From positions 32,001 to 96,000 of the forward strand of contig JBCCHT010000034.1 of NCBI GenBank assembly GCA_039028615.1: a DNA stretch of 64,000 bases. Reading direction: 5' to 3'. Each line of letters begins with the position of its first letter. Positions within the stretch are counted from its first letter, which is position 1. Source of the stretch: Myxococcota bacterium (GTDB taxonomy: Bacteria > Myxococcota_A > Polyangia > Nannocystales > Nannocystaceae). Positions 1 through 12,892 of this stretch are shown here, piece by piece. Under the pieces are notes generated by a model, which saw nothing but the letters and a program-made list of their open reading frames with translations, ran no database searches and was not told the origin of the DNA. The position numbers and the translations under genes are program-made.

Positions 1-285
1 TCGAAGGCGGAGTCTCGGCATGGCCTCCGCACGCGAGCAGCAACGAAACCGAGAGCCAACAAAACGACGAGCGCTTCACGGTACGAGCCATACCCGAGGC
101 CTCGACCCCCTGGCAACGTCGGTCCGAAGGTCGAGCGTCCCGCTTCAACACCAAACAATTCCGGCACCTTGCGGGTGTTTGTGGCCTACTGTAAGCCCCC
201 CGCTGCGGCCAGCGTTCCGGCGGCGAGGGCCGGCACCCCAACCATGGTGCCCCCATCGAACCCGTACCCGAAGGCAACCCCACCC

Positions 286-1143
286 ATGAACGTACGTGCC
301 GCGCTGATGCTCTCCCTCCTCGTCGGAGCGATGGGCTGCGCCAAGAAAGCCGCGGGGACCTATTCCCCGGACTTCTACGACTACGAAGAGCTCGCCGATG
401 GTGACTACGCCGAAGCAGCCGTCGAGCTCGATACCGCATCGACTCGACGCCAGCGCGGCCGGATCTTCACCCGCTCCGATGCGTCGGCGCCCCCGATGAG
501 CCCGGAGGCCGAGCCCGAGCCCACCGCGATCGAGGGGGCCGGAGGCGAGCCGTCGGCCAGCCCGGGCGACTCCGCCGAAAAGGCGGTCGCCGACGACACG
601 GGTCAGGACACCGCGCGTCACATCATCTACACCGCCACGATGCAGGTCTCGGTCTTCAACCTCGGCGACGCGATGGAGCGCGCCGAGACGCTGCCGAAGA
701 AGTACGGCGGCTACGTGCAGACCATGTCCAACGACTACTTCGTGATGCGGATCCCGTCGGCCAAGCTCGACCAGGCGATGGACGATCTGGCGACCCTGGG
801 CATCGTGGACAGCCGCACGCTCGAGGCCCAGGACGTCACCGAGGAGTTCCTCGACATCGAGACCCGCATCGAGGTGCTCGAGAGCACGCAAAAGCAGATG
901 CTCGAGCTGCTCACCAAGGCCCGCACCGTGAAGGAAGCGCTCGAGGTCCGCGAGGCCCTCGACCGGATCACCATGGAGCTCGAGGTCCTCAAGGGTCGGC
1001 TGCGTCGGCTCGAGAACCTCACCGCCTACTCCACGCTCACGCTGTCGCTCCAGGAGCGAGGGCCCCACACCACTGCCCCGTCGAGCAACGACCCCTTCCG
1101 CTGGGTCGACTCCCTGGGCGTCGAAGCCACCGAGTGGAAGTGA
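286..1143 (+). CDS. DUF4349-domain lipoprotein
   Basis: Lipobox AMGC after a signal peptide; 'RHIIYTA...MRIPS...QDVTEEFLDIETRI...YSTLTLSL' is typical of DUF4349. Start moved to ATG 286. Confidence 0.8.
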   Translation: MNVRAALMLSLLVGAMGCAKKAAGTYSPDFYDYEELADGDYAEAAVELDTASTRRQRGRIFTRSDASAPPMSPEAEPEPTAIEGAGGEPSASPGDSAEKAVADDTGQDTARHIIYTATMQVSVFNLGDAMERAETLPKKYGGYVQTMSNDYFVMRIPSAKLDQAMDDLATLGIVDSRTLEAQDVTEEFLDIETRIEVLESTQKQMLELLTKARTVKEALEVREALDRITMELEVLKGRLRRLENLTAYSTLTLSLQERGPHTTAPSSNDPFRWVDSLGVEATEWK

Positions 1144-1157
1144 AAGGAGCCACGACC

Positions 1158-1745
1158 ATGCGACTCTTCTCGCTGCGAACCTTCATCCCCTCCGTCCTGG
1201 CTGTCGGGCTCATGGCCTGCAACGCCTATCGCCTCGAGCCCCCCGCGGGCTTCGCCGAGGTCGAGCAGGGCTACGACGGCGCCCACATGAAAGCCAACAA
1301 CGACGTCGGCCTCCGCGTGCACGTGCGGCACAACGTCCGCGGCGGCACCCTGGCCTTCTGGAGCCTCGACCTGGTCGAGAAGCTCGGCGAGCGCGGCTAC
1401 ACCCTGGTCAACCAGGCCCCGCTGCGATCCAAGAACCGGGTCGCGGGCACCCGCTTCGACTTCGAGTACACCCCCGTCGGCGAGGGTGAGGCCCCGCGCT
1501 TTTACACCGTGTCGCTGTTCGTCACCGATGAACACCGTGTGGTGATGGGCATGGCCGGCAAGCAGGAGTACGCGGCCGAGTACCTGGCCCGGGTCGACGA
1601 GATCGTCGGCGACCTCAAGGTCAGCGGGTGCAAGCCCTTCAGCAAGATCTGCAAGGGACCGCAGCCCGCTCGGCTGAGCACCGCGTCTCAGCAGAGCGCC
1701 AAGGCCGAGCCGGCCGAGGCCAAAGCCGAGCCCGCCGCCGGCTGA
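1158..1745 (+). CDS. Hypothetical lipoprotein, co-transcribed with the DUF4349 gene
   Basis: RBS AAGGAG before ATG 1158; lipobox LMAC; 14 bp after the previous stop. Confidence 0.7.
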   Translation: MRLFSLRTFIPSVLAVGLMACNAYRLEPPAGFAEVEQGYDGAHMKANNDVGLRVHVRHNVRGGTLAFWSLDLVEKLGERGYTLVNQAPLRSKNRVAGTRFDFEYTPVGEGEAPRFYTVSLFVTDEHRVVMGMAGKQEYAAEYLARVDEIVGDLKVSGCKPFSKICKGPQPARLSTASQQSAKAEPAEAKAEPAAG

Positions 1746-1767
1746 GCGCCACCGCCCAACGAACACG

Positions 1768-1807
1768 AGGTCGGCACCGGTCCCTGGGGACCCGTGCCGA
1801 CCTTTTT
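1768..1807 (+). terminator. Rho-independent terminator
   Basis: AGGTCGGCAC...GTGCCGACCT stem followed by TTTTT, between convergent genes. Confidence 0.75.
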
Positions 1808-1812
1808 CGTGG

Positions 1813-4437
<2,625 letters not shown>

Positions 4438-4662
4438 GGTGAGGCTCCTTTCACGGGGTCGCTGCCCGGTCGGGCCCGGCTGCGCACCAACGAGTGGAGT
4501 ACGCGCGCAGGCTCGACGACGGGGGTCGGCGACCGGTTCAGGGGGTGGGTAACAGGGCTCGTCTTCGAGCCGTCCCGCACTATGGGCACGTTTGGTCTGG
4601 CCGCAACCCCCCGCCCGCGGGAGGGGCGTGCGCGTCACCACGAACGCCGCGCAGGCGCCGTC

Positions 4663-5253
4663 TCAGGGGGTGCAGGTGGTCGCGGGGTCCGGCGCCGCGC
4701 CCAGCTCGTCGATGGGCCGCATCACCACGGGCAGCCCCTGCAGATCCGTGCCGCCCGGGAAATCGATGTCCAGGGTCCCGCACAACAGCTCGTCTTCGTA
4801 CAGCGCCAGGTCGAACACGAGGTCGACGGTCACCGCCTCGGCCCCGAAGGGATGCGCCCCGGCAACGAACTCGAAGCCCTCGTAGGGCACGGTGAAGGCG
4901 TTTTGGATGACGAGCGCATTCGAAAACCCCTCGACGCCGACGGGGAACCAGTCGCTGCTGAGCTCCGTGCTGCGCAGCCACGCCTGGAAGGTGTCGCCTT
5001 TGCGTTGAGCGAGCATCCACAGGTACAGCGGCCCCGACCCGGTCTGGACGATGGCCAGCATCTCGTCGTCGAGCGTCCCGTCGCCGATGTCCGGCACGGG
5101 ATCGAAGTCCGGGCCCGGATCTTCCGAAGGCACGCTCTCCGTCGCCGCGTCATCTCCCGTCTCGATGGCCCGACCGTCGTGACAACCGACGTTCAGTGCG
5201 ACAGAGAGCAGGACAGCAGAAGGGCCGAGGAGACGTCGTTGACGGGTGTGCAT
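4663..5253 (-). CDS. Hypothetical lipoprotein
   Basis: Signal peptide with NVGC lipobox; acidic globular remainder. Confidence 0.6.
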   Translation of the reverse strand: MHTRQRRLLGPSAVLLSVALNVGCHDGRAIETGDDAATESVPSEDPGPDFDPVPDIGDGTLDDEMLAIVQTGSGPLYLWMLAQRKGDTFQAWLRSTELSSDWFPVGVEGFSNALVIQNAFTVPYEGFEFVAGAHPFGAEAVTVDLVFDLALYEDELLCGTLDIDFPGGTDLQGLPVVMRPIDELGAAPDPATTCTP

Positions 5254-5317
5254 GACGGGGGCTTCGCGATTGGCTCCCGGTCAACGGGCGGCTCCTCCGC
5301 CGCCTTACACCACGCGC

Positions 5318-6130
5318 TCAGCGGGATGGTTTGGGTCCATCGAAGACCGCGACCAACTGCTCCCCCACGGCCGCCAAACGGCCATCGGGTGCCCGCAGCG
5401 AGGCTCGCATGGCCGCGTAGCCGTGCGCGGCCATCGTGGTCTCGGAGTCGTATCGCCACCAGCCCTCGGGATCGAAGGACTCGGGCACCGACAAGAACGT
5501 GGTCGTCCACGACACCGAGCTCGAGGGCGCAGGCGCCCGCAGCAGGGGCAAGACCGGCGCGGGCCAGGTATCGAGCAAGCCCAGCACCGCTTCGTAGGAC
5601 GAGCCGGGATCGGTGCGATGCCGACACCAGCCGCTGATCCGCGGGTCCTTGCCTCCGCTGAATGGCATGCCGCCATCCGCCCAGCGCATGGCGACGTGCT
5701 GCGTGAACGCGGGGGTCAGCCCCTCGACGTAGGGCATGTCGACCAGCGTCTCCGGCTCCGGCACGGGTCCGGGCTCGGTCGCGGGCACCTGCAACGACGA
5801 CGGGCGATCGTCGGCGAAGGTCGCAGTGACCTGCGCGCGCATCTGCTCGCCCTGCCAGATCTCGGCGCGGCCGTGGGTCAGGTAGCGACCGCTCCGCAGG
5901 ACCTGCGGGCGAAGCTCGGCGGGGCCGGGTCCGACGGGGCCGATGAAGCTGGCGTGCACCGTCCGCGGCACCCGGGGCTGCTCGAGCACGGCCCGCAGCC
6001 CTCGTAGACCGATCGCCGCCACCACGCCGCCGTACGAGGTCCGCCCCTGCATCCACGACGTCGGCACCTCCCCCCGTCCAACGCCGCGGTCGTCGATGGG
6101 CCAGGTGGTGACTTCGGCAAAGCTCGACAT
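5318..6130 (-). CDS. Acyl-CoA thioesterase (TesB-like double hotdog)
   Basis: WMQGRTSYGG, VLRSGR and LLDTWP motifs. Confidence 0.85.
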   Translation of the reverse strand: MSSFAEVTTWPIDDRGVGRGEVPTSWMQGRTSYGGVVAAIGLRGLRAVLEQPRVPRTVHASFIGPVGPGPAELRPQVLRSGRYLTHGRAEIWQGEQMRAQVTATFADDRPSSLQVPATEPGPVPEPETLVDMPYVEGLTPAFTQHVAMRWADGGMPFSGGKDPRISGWCRHRTDPGSSYEAVLGLLDTWPAPVLPLLRAPAPSSSVSWTTTFLSVPESFDPEGWWRYDSETTMAAHGYAAMRASLRAPDGRLAAVGEQLVAVFDGPKPSR

Positions 6131-6232
6131 CGGCTGCGGGTTAGCACCGCCCCCGTCGGGCTCGCAAGCGCGACCGACCGCCACTGCGACGAGTGGAGAC
6201 GGGCGGTAACTCGGTCGCCCTCCGTGACGGTC

Positions 6233-6754
6233 TCAGGGGGTCCAGGTGACGATGATGCCGACGCGCGCCGGAGACAGGCGGGTGATGGTCAGCTCGTCGA
6301 TCCGGGTGTCGAAGATCTCGAAGAAGCCCCGCAGGTAGCCCTCGCTGATGGCCACGGGCTGCTGCGCCCCATAGGTCATTTCCACTCGTCCCGAGCGGTA
6401 CGACACCGTGCCCACGCGATGGTCTTCGGGGACCCCGCGGACGTTGGCGTCGAACATGGAGGCATAGGCGGACATCACCTTCTGGAGGCTGGTGAAGCCC
6501 TGCAGCATGAACATCGAGCGTGAGTTGGTGATGACCCGCCGGCCCGCCCGTTTCATCACCGAGTCGTCGAGCTGCGACGACAGCATCTCCAGCGCCTCCA
6601 GGTAGGCCCGCCACGGGTACCAGCCCTCGTCGTGCATGGTCTCGACCTGCTCGACCAGCCGGGGAAAGAGGGTCTTGGCCAGCAGCATCGAGCCCATGAC
6701 GGACTTGAAGAACACCCCGCGCAGCTCGCCGGGCACACCATCGAAACTACCCAT
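6233..6754 (-). CDS. Hypothetical protein, V4R/H-NOX-like (DUF2378-like)
   Basis: GWYP motif and 'EGYLRGFF...W' C-terminus. Start inferred at MGSFDG. Confidence 0.5.
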   Translation of the reverse strand: MGSFDGVPGELRGVFFKSVMGSMLLAKTLFPRLVEQVETMHDEGWYPWRAYLEALEMLSSQLDDSVMKRAGRRVITNSRSMFMLQGFTSLQKVMSAYASMFDANVRGVPEDHRVGTVSYRSGRVEMTYGAQQPVAISEGYLRGFFEIFDTRIDELTITRLSPARVGIIVTWTP

Positions 6755-7043
6755 CGAAGGAATGTAGCAACCGGCCCTGCAACACCGCGCCGAGGCACGC
6801 ACGGGTCGCTGGCCCGCGCCGGGACTCGATGGCACGAAAGGAGAGCCGCCGCCTCGACGGTTGCGGACCAAGTCGAGCGCAGTCGCATTGAAGCGAGCGA
6901 CACCGCGGCCCGATGCTGGCCGAACGCCACGCGGCTTCATCCGAGTTGACCTGCCGCGGACCAATTTGCAGTGCCACGCTAGGCGGCCGCCCAGGGGTGT
7001 CGGGCATGCCCTCGACGGGCACGGGGCCGGGTGCGCAATCGAA

Positions 7044-7080
7044 GACGCCGCCGCCCGCAGGACTGCGGCGCGACGGCGTC
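7044..7080. terminator. GC-rich hairpin downstream of a minus-strand gene
   Basis: GACGCCG..CCGCAG/CTGCGG..CGGCGTC pairing; no U-tract. Confidence 0.4.
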
Positions 7081-7105
7081 GACACTCGAACCACCCGGGC
7101 GACGC

Positions 7106-7603
7106 TCAGTCGGAGGTGCTGCCCGAACTACCATCCCCCGTGGTCGAACCACCGGAGTCGGGATCGACACAGTGATCGGACAGGCACACCAGGCCGGGAT
7201 CACAGCCGCCGCCGTCGGTGCACTGGCACGCCTCGGACCCGGGGGTGCACTCGATGGAGACGCACAGCCCCGACGCGCAGACGAGGTCGGGATCGCAGGC
7301 GCCCCGCGGCGTGCATGAGCAGCCCTCGGTCCCTACGGGGCACAGGTCGGCCACGCAGATGTTGAGGTTGTCGTTGCACATGAAGGGGGCGTTGCACATG
7401 CCGCCCGACGTGCAGGGGCAGCCCTCGGCACCGACCTGGCAGGTCGCCGGCCCGTCGCCGCTCTCGTCGACACCCGCAGGAGGCGAGCCGTCGTCGCGGC
7501 TGTCGAAGCCGTCGGTATCTTCACCATCGTCGTCGTCACTGACGATGATGCACGCGGGAGAGAACGAGAACAGGAGCAAGAGAGCGAGAAACGACCGGGT
7601 CAT
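7106..7603 (-). CDS. Cys-rich repeat lipoprotein
   Basis: Lipobox SPAC; three C-x-x-G-x-E-x-C-x-C-T-x-x-G-x-C repeats. Confidence 0.75.
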   Translation of the reverse strand: MTRSFLALLLLFSFSPACIIVSDDDDGEDTDGFDSRDDGSPPAGVDESGDGPATCQVGAEGCPCTSGGMCNAPFMCNDNLNICVADLCPVGTEGCSCTPRGACDPDLVCASGLCVSIECTPGSEACQCTDGGGCDPGLVCLSDHCVDPDSGGSTTGDGSSGSTSD

Positions 7604-7707
7604 GGCAAACTCGTAGGCGACCCAGCCAGTGTGCCCCACGATGGTGCCGATTGCCGCCCCAGAAACGAATGTCTCCATGTAGGTAAACGGCGCCTTCGGA
7701 GCCGAGA

Positions 7708-9243
7708 TCAGTCCGGCTCGAGCGTGATTTCCAAATAGGAGCGCGGCGGATCGAAGGAAGAACGCACGCGATAGGCCTCGGACCCGACTCGCTCGGCCCA
7801 CGCGCGCAATTCGAAGGCCGGGGGCACGGTGCCGCCGGGGACGATGGCCCCCACGGGGAGGTCGAAATCCCACGCGTCGAGAGTGCCCCCGATCACACCC
7901 GGGTGCAGCATCTCCAGCCGCCGCATGAACGCCGGGGCGTTGGGTAGACCGCCAAACACGAGCCGATTCGTCGCCGTCTCGTGCACCACGAAGGGCAGTG
8001 AGACCCCCAACGAGGGGGGGAAGGTCTTGCCCTCCTCGGGCAGGTTCAGCGCCTCGATCTGCGGCGCCAGCAGGGAGTTGGGTAGGGTCTGCGCCCACTG
8101 CTGCCCCGCCTCGCTCAACCCCAGGCGTGTCCGTAGAACCTTGCCCTGGGTCCCGAACTTCGCCTGGAAGGTCGCGGTGTCCACCCGCCAAGGATCGTCG
8201 GGCTGGGGCAGGCGGCGCGGGGCATCGCGCACGCCCGCCAGCGGGGCCATGGCGAGGATCATCGAGTCGACCGCACCGAGCGCAGCCCGATCGAGATGCA
8301 CGAGGTTGCCGTCGGACAGCGGCAGCGGGGGCGCCCAGGCCGACCGGGGCGCGGTGAGCTGCTGCGCCACCGCATCCGCCCGGGCCGCGTCGATGTGCGG
8401 CAGCAGCGGGACGAGCTTGGCGTCGACCTTCGGGAAGCTCAGCAGATCGAGCACCATCGCGCCTTCGATCTCGCGCACGACCAAGATCGAGCGACCGCCG
8501 TCGAGCCGGAGCACCGCGGTGACGCCCGGCACCTCGAGCAGGCGCCGCACGAGGACGTGGTTGTGACGGGTGGGCACCGCCTGCCCCGCGGGGTAGGAGG
8601 TGACGCCGCCGCTGTGGCGCGCGACCAGCTCGGGCAAGCGCTCGACCATCCACCCCGGTCGATCGCTGCGCCCCGCCACCCGCCAGTGCACCCGCGGCAC
8701 GGGCGTGGAGGCGAGCGCCTCGCGCAGGGGCTCCACGATCTCCTCCAGGCGCTCGACGTCGTCGGCGGTGGGGGTGCACTCGGCTCGGTGGGGCTCGTGT
8801 CGACACGAACCGACGAGCTCGAGCATCTCCCCGCGCCGGGCGACCTCACAGACGCAGTTGCCCAGCTTGCCCTTGGCTTGGACCCCGGTCTCGCGATGCA
8901 AGGTCAGCAGCGCGCCGACCTGCCCTCTCGCCTCGTCGACCGTCTCGGCGCTGGGCGTGAGCAGCGCGGCACAGACCGGCTGCTGCCGCTCGTAGCCCAT
9001 GTCGTTGAGCGCCATCGGATCGAGCTGCCGCGCGAGCAACCCGGTGGGCACGGAGGGCACGGGCAGCTCGAGCAGTACGGGCGGCATGCGGGTTCGACCC
9101 GCGGTCGTGCATCGCACCATCGCCGCATCGGCCGGCACCCAGCGCGTGGCCAGCTCGCCGCTGCTGCACGCCGAAAGCCCGAGCAGGGCGCAAAGCCCAG
9201 CTCGGCTCGCGCCCGCTATCTCGCGCCGCCGCACGCTCGACAA
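7708..9243 (-). CDS. Hypothetical lipoprotein
   Basis: 511-aa ORF with LSAC lipobox; no family recognised. Confidence 0.65.
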   Translation of the reverse strand: MSSVRRREIAGASRAGLCALLGLSACSSGELATRWVPADAAMVRCTTAGRTRMPPVLLELPVPSVPTGLLARQLDPMALNDMGYERQQPVCAALLTPSAETVDEARGQVGALLTLHRETGVQAKGKLGNCVCEVARRGEMLELVGSCRHEPHRAECTPTADDVERLEEIVEPLREALASTPVPRVHWRVAGRSDRPGWMVERLPELVARHSGGVTSYPAGQAVPTRHNHVLVRRLLEVPGVTAVLRLDGGRSILVVREIEGAMVLDLLSFPKVDAKLVPLLPHIDAARADAVAQQLTAPRSAWAPPLPLSDGNLVHLDRAALGAVDSMILAMAPLAGVRDAPRRLPQPDDPWRVDTATFQAKFGTQGKVLRTRLGLSEAGQQWAQTLPNSLLAPQIEALNLPEEGKTFPPSLGVSLPFVVHETATNRLVFGGLPNAPAFMRRLEMLHPGVIGGTLDAWDFDLPVGAIVPGGTVPPAFELRAWAERVGSEAYRVRSSFDPPRSYLEITLEPD

Positions 9244-9291
9244 CCCTACCAGCCCGGGGTGGAACTCGCACGACCCGGGCGGGCGTGCCGC

Positions 9292-10248
9292 TCAGTCCGA
9301 ATCGCGATTTCGCGGCGGTCCGGGCGTGACCGTCAGGCGCAGCAGCTCGGGGCGTGCATAGTGCCCGCTGACATCGAGCGCCATCGCCTCTTCGTCGATG
9401 CGCCCAAGCTCGAGATCGGCCAGCAGGATCTGCTCGCGCAAGGGCACGGGTTCGACCACGAACTCGCCATCGGGCCCCACGATGCAACTTCCGCCGCGCA
9501 TCAGCCAACCGTCGTCGGCAACCCCCACCAGGGCATCGGCCAGCGACGACGGCAGGGTGTCGCGATGCATGAGCCCTCCCGCGGCCAGCACGAAACAGCG
9601 CCCCTCGAACGCATAGTGACGGCTGGCGACCACCGCCATCGGCTTGACCGTGGGCCACAATGCGACGTGGATCTGCTCCGCCTGCTCGTGCAGGGCCTGC
9701 CGCGCCAGCGGCATCCAGTGTTCCCAACACACCAGCCCGCCGATGCGCCCCGCCTCGGTCTGCGCCACCTCGAGCCCGTGGGCGTCGCCGGGCCCCCACA
9801 CCATGCGCTCGGTGTGGGTCGGCACGAGCTTGCGATGGTGCAGCACCCGCTGCCCGCGGGCGTCGAAGCCGAGGATGGTGTTGAACAGGGTGCCGTGGCC
9901 CGGGCCCGCGTCGACGCGCTCGTTGACCCCGATGACCAGGGTGACGCCATGCTCGGCCGCCAGCTGCCCCAGGCGCTCGCAGTGGGGCCCGGGCACCGTG
10001 ATGGCGCAGCGTCGAAAGCGGGCGTGGATGGCCTTGACCTCGGGGTCGTCCCACAGCCCCAGGCGCGGCCAGTGGTCGATCCACGCCGGATAGGCGGTGA
10101 GCCAGGACTCGCCGAAGACCACCACCTGGGCGCCCTGTCGGGCCGCCTCCGACAGCCAGTGTTCGACCCGGCCGAGGCTTGCATCGAGGTCGAAGGGCAC
10201 GGCGCTGGCCTGTACGACGGCGACGGTCACGGTCATCGCGGGCATCAT
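9292..10248 (-). CDS. Nitrilase / carbon-nitrogen hydrolase
   Basis: Glu-Lys-Cys triad motifs VFGES, HRKLVPT and VCWEHW; C-terminal GHYARP. Confidence 0.92.
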   Translation of the reverse strand: MMPAMTVTVAVVQASAVPFDLDASLGRVEHWLSEAARQGAQVVVFGESWLTAYPAWIDHWPRLGLWDDPEVKAIHARFRRCAITVPGPHCERLGQLAAEHGVTLVIGVNERVDAGPGHGTLFNTILGFDARGQRVLHHRKLVPTHTERMVWGPGDAHGLEVAQTEAGRIGGLVCWEHWMPLARQALHEQAEQIHVALWPTVKPMAVVASRHYAFEGRCFVLAAGGLMHRDTLPSSLADALVGVADDGWLMRGGSCIVGPDGEFVVEPVPLREQILLADLELGRIDEEAMALDVSGHYARPELLRLTVTPGPPRNRDSD

Positions 10249-10426
10249 CCACCGCCGCGATGCCGCGTGTCATCCCGCCGCGAGCCCCGAAAAAGCCGCC
10301 ACGGCCCCGCCGACAACCCCGTTGGCAACGCGCGGGATCCAGCCCTCACGACCCCGTCGGCAGGGCGGGCCCGCGCACATGAGCACGTCTAGACGTCCTT
10401 CCTGCAACCTGTAAGGCTTCCGGCCG

Positions 10427-12883
10427 ATGCGAGAGCTGGCGACACAAGCGTGGAACCCCTGGATCGCCTGGCTACTGCTGGGGGCTGGGCTCGTCATCCT
10501 GTTGGCCACGGTCTTCGTGCCGCTGCGGGGGCTCCCGCGGGCGATGTCCGTGCTTCGCGGGCGCAGCGTGACCAGCGACGGGCGGGGGGCCTTCTGGCTG
10601 CCGCTGGCGGCGGCGACCGGTATGGGCGGGGTGACCGGCGGGGTCCTGGCGGTCAGCACGGCCGGCCCCGGCGCGCTGGTGTGGATGTGGATCGCGACCG
10701 GGCTGGGCATGGCCCTGGTGTTCGCCGAGGGCAGCCTCAGCGCCCGCCGACCCGACGGCCAGGAGGCGCCCACGATGCACCTGCTCGCCGCGCCCGGCGT
10801 GGGCAAGCTGGTCGCCCCCATGTACGCCCTGGCCTTCGTGGTCCTGGCCCTGCTGCTCGGCGCCGCGTTCCAGACCAACCAGGCGGCGGCGGTGCTCGAG
10901 TCGATGGGCGGCATCACGCCGCTGAACACGGCGATCGGGCTGGCGTTGGCGGCGACCCCCTTCGTGCTCGTGCCCAAGGCCCGCGGCCTGCTCTTCCTGC
11001 TCGTCCCCGTCGCCTTGGTGCTCTATGTCGTCGCCACCCTCGTCGCGCTGAACGAGGGCTCGGCCACCATCGGACTCATCGTCGGCGATGCGATCAATCA
11101 GGCCTTCGGCATCGCCCCCATGGCGGGTGGCGCCGCGGGCGGAGGGGTCGGACTGCTGGTCGCCCACGGCGTGCTGCGAGCCACGATGGCCGGCGAGGCC
11201 GGGCTGGGCAGCGCCGCCCTGCTCGACCTGCGCAGCCGCAGCCGAGGCTCCGCCGGGGCCGCGGTGATGCTGGTGCCCCTGCTCGCCGCCGGCCTGGTGG
11301 GCAGCCTCAGCAGCCTGCTCATGCTCGATCCCGCCGCCCAGGGCGAGTCGGTGATCGAACCCGAGCTCGACATGGTGGTGCTCGAGCGCAGCTACCGACG
11401 CGCGCTACGACCCAACCAGCGCTTCGGGCAGACCATCGCGCTGCCCGAGGGCTCGGGGATGGAGAACGACGAGCACTACGAGATGCTCCTGCGCTCCAAC
11501 CCGCGCGGACATGCGCTCGCGCGCCTGGTCGTCCCCGCCGACAACGAGAACCTCACCGAGGAGGAGAAGGCCAAGCCGCCGCACGTGGTGCTGCCGATGT
11601 GGGGCATCGCGACCAACGTGGACACCGTGGTGTTCCGCGCGCGCGACAGCGAGAAGGCCAAGCACCCCTCGTGGGACGTCCGCGTGCCCTGTGACCGCGA
11701 GGTCAAGGAAATCCCCGGCTCGCCCGATCAGAAGTACCTGCTGCTGCGCCCCAAGGATCCCGAGCTCGACATGCGTCGCATGGCCGTGCAGCTCGACCTG
11801 CTCAGCCAGCCCCACGTGGTCTTCGACGATTTCCGCTTCATCGGCCTGGCGGGCCGGGCCAACAGCCCCGACCCCGACCTCGGCGAGCACCTGGCGATGT
11901 TCGAGCCGCCCCGCGAGGATCGGCCCTTCAACCCCAAGCTCCACGAGTTCTTCCGCCTCGGCTATCGCGGCCCCTACGTCGACTCCGAGGGTCCTCGCCC
12001 GCCGCTGGGCTTCGTCGCGGCCGAGGGCTTCGAGCCGGAGGTCGGCAGCGTGGTCTCGCTGCGAATCCCGGGCAACCCGCGGGGCGACGCGGTGGTCGAC
12101 GTCACCCGCAGCGGCAGCGTGGAAGCTCCCGCGTGGGACTTCCTGCTCGACGCACGCACCCTGGTCATCCGCCACGACACCGACCCGAGCAAGGACATCC
12201 ACCTGGCGGTCACGCCCCGCTACGACCTTTACCGGGTGCGCTTCGACATCGCGGACGAGCGCTACCAGGACATGCGGAACATCGCCACGAAGGACGGGTA
12301 CTCCGGGCCCTACCTCGTCGTGCCGGACTTCGAGTTCGAGGCCGAGGTCCGCAGCGACACCCGGCTCGATCCGAAGTACGCCGGGCGCCGGGTGCTGGTG
12401 CCGCTGCATCCCCTCACCGAGATGCAGGGTCCCTTCGGCGAGGGCGACACCTACCGGCCGCACCCCGGCGAGCTGGTCGACCTGGGCATGGCCGCTCCCG
12501 TGCTGGCCCACGAGGGCGCGCAGATCGTGGCCGCTCGACTCGAGCGCGACGCGGGCAGCTTCGGTCGCAGCGCCATGCTGCTGGCCGTGTTGGTCTTCGC
12601 CCTGAGCACGATCGTGGCCTGGGCCGAGCTCGGAGGTCGGGCCGCCACCGCGCTGGTCGGTCCCATCGGCAGCACCGTGCTGCGAGTCGCCATGCTGGGC
12701 GCCGCCGCCATGGGCACCCACTACGGCCTGGGTCAGCTGCTGCCCCTCATCGACGTGACGCTCGCGGCCGTGGTCGTGCCCAACGTGCTGGGCCTGCTGG
12801 TGCTCCTGCCGAAGATCCGCGCCGCCTCGCAGATGAAGGACGACCTCGCCGACGAGGCCGAGGCCCCGGACGACGCCTCGTAG
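10427..12883 (+). CDS. Alanine/glycine:cation symporter (AGCS)-like protein with a large soluble insert
   Basis: AGPGALVWMW, FQTNQ, EAGLGSA and FALSTIVAW...PNVLGL motifs flank a hydrophilic ~390-aa insert. Confidence 0.75.
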   Translation: MRELATQAWNPWIAWLLLGAGLVILLATVFVPLRGLPRAMSVLRGRSVTSDGRGAFWLPLAAATGMGGVTGGVLAVSTAGPGALVWMWIATGLGMALVFAEGSLSARRPDGQEAPTMHLLAAPGVGKLVAPMYALAFVVLALLLGAAFQTNQAAAVLESMGGITPLNTAIGLALAATPFVLVPKARGLLFLLVPVALVLYVVATLVALNEGSATIGLIVGDAINQAFGIAPMAGGAAGGGVGLLVAHGVLRATMAGEAGLGSAALLDLRSRSRGSAGAAVMLVPLLAAGLVGSLSSLLMLDPAAQGESVIEPELDMVVLERSYRRALRPNQRFGQTIALPEGSGMENDEHYEMLLRSNPRGHALARLVVPADNENLTEEEKAKPPHVVLPMWGIATNVDTVVFRARDSEKAKHPSWDVRVPCDREVKEIPGSPDQKYLLLRPKDPELDMRRMAVQLDLLSQPHVVFDDFRFIGLAGRANSPDPDLGEHLAMFEPPREDRPFNPKLHEFFRLGYRGPYVDSEGPRPPLGFVAAEGFEPEVGSVVSLRIPGNPRGDAVVDVTRSGSVEAPAWDFLLDARTLVIRHDTDPSKDIHLAVTPRYDLYRVRFDIADERYQDMRNIATKDGYSGPYLVVPDFEFEAEVRSDTRLDPKYAGRRVLVPLHPLTEMQGPFGEGDTYRPHPGELVDLGMAAPVLAHEGAQIVAARLERDAGSFGRSAMLLAVLVFALSTIVAWAELGGRAATALVGPIGSTVLRVAMLGAAAMGTHYGLGQLLPLIDVTLAAVVVPNVLGLLVLLPKIRAASQMKDDLADEAEAPDDAS

Positions 12884-12892
12884 CGCCCCCGG

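Noticed and set aside
4438..4662. CIRCE/HAIR or sigma32 promoter upstream of clpB
   Set aside because: No CIRCE or HAIR match; only a weak CTCGAA-N14-CCCACC similarity.
7106..8806. 566-aa ORF and similar N-terminal extensions (14748-15740, 32351-33811, 31005-32150)
   Set aside because: Only the C-terminal parts look coding; the extensions overlap real upstream genes, so starts were trimmed.
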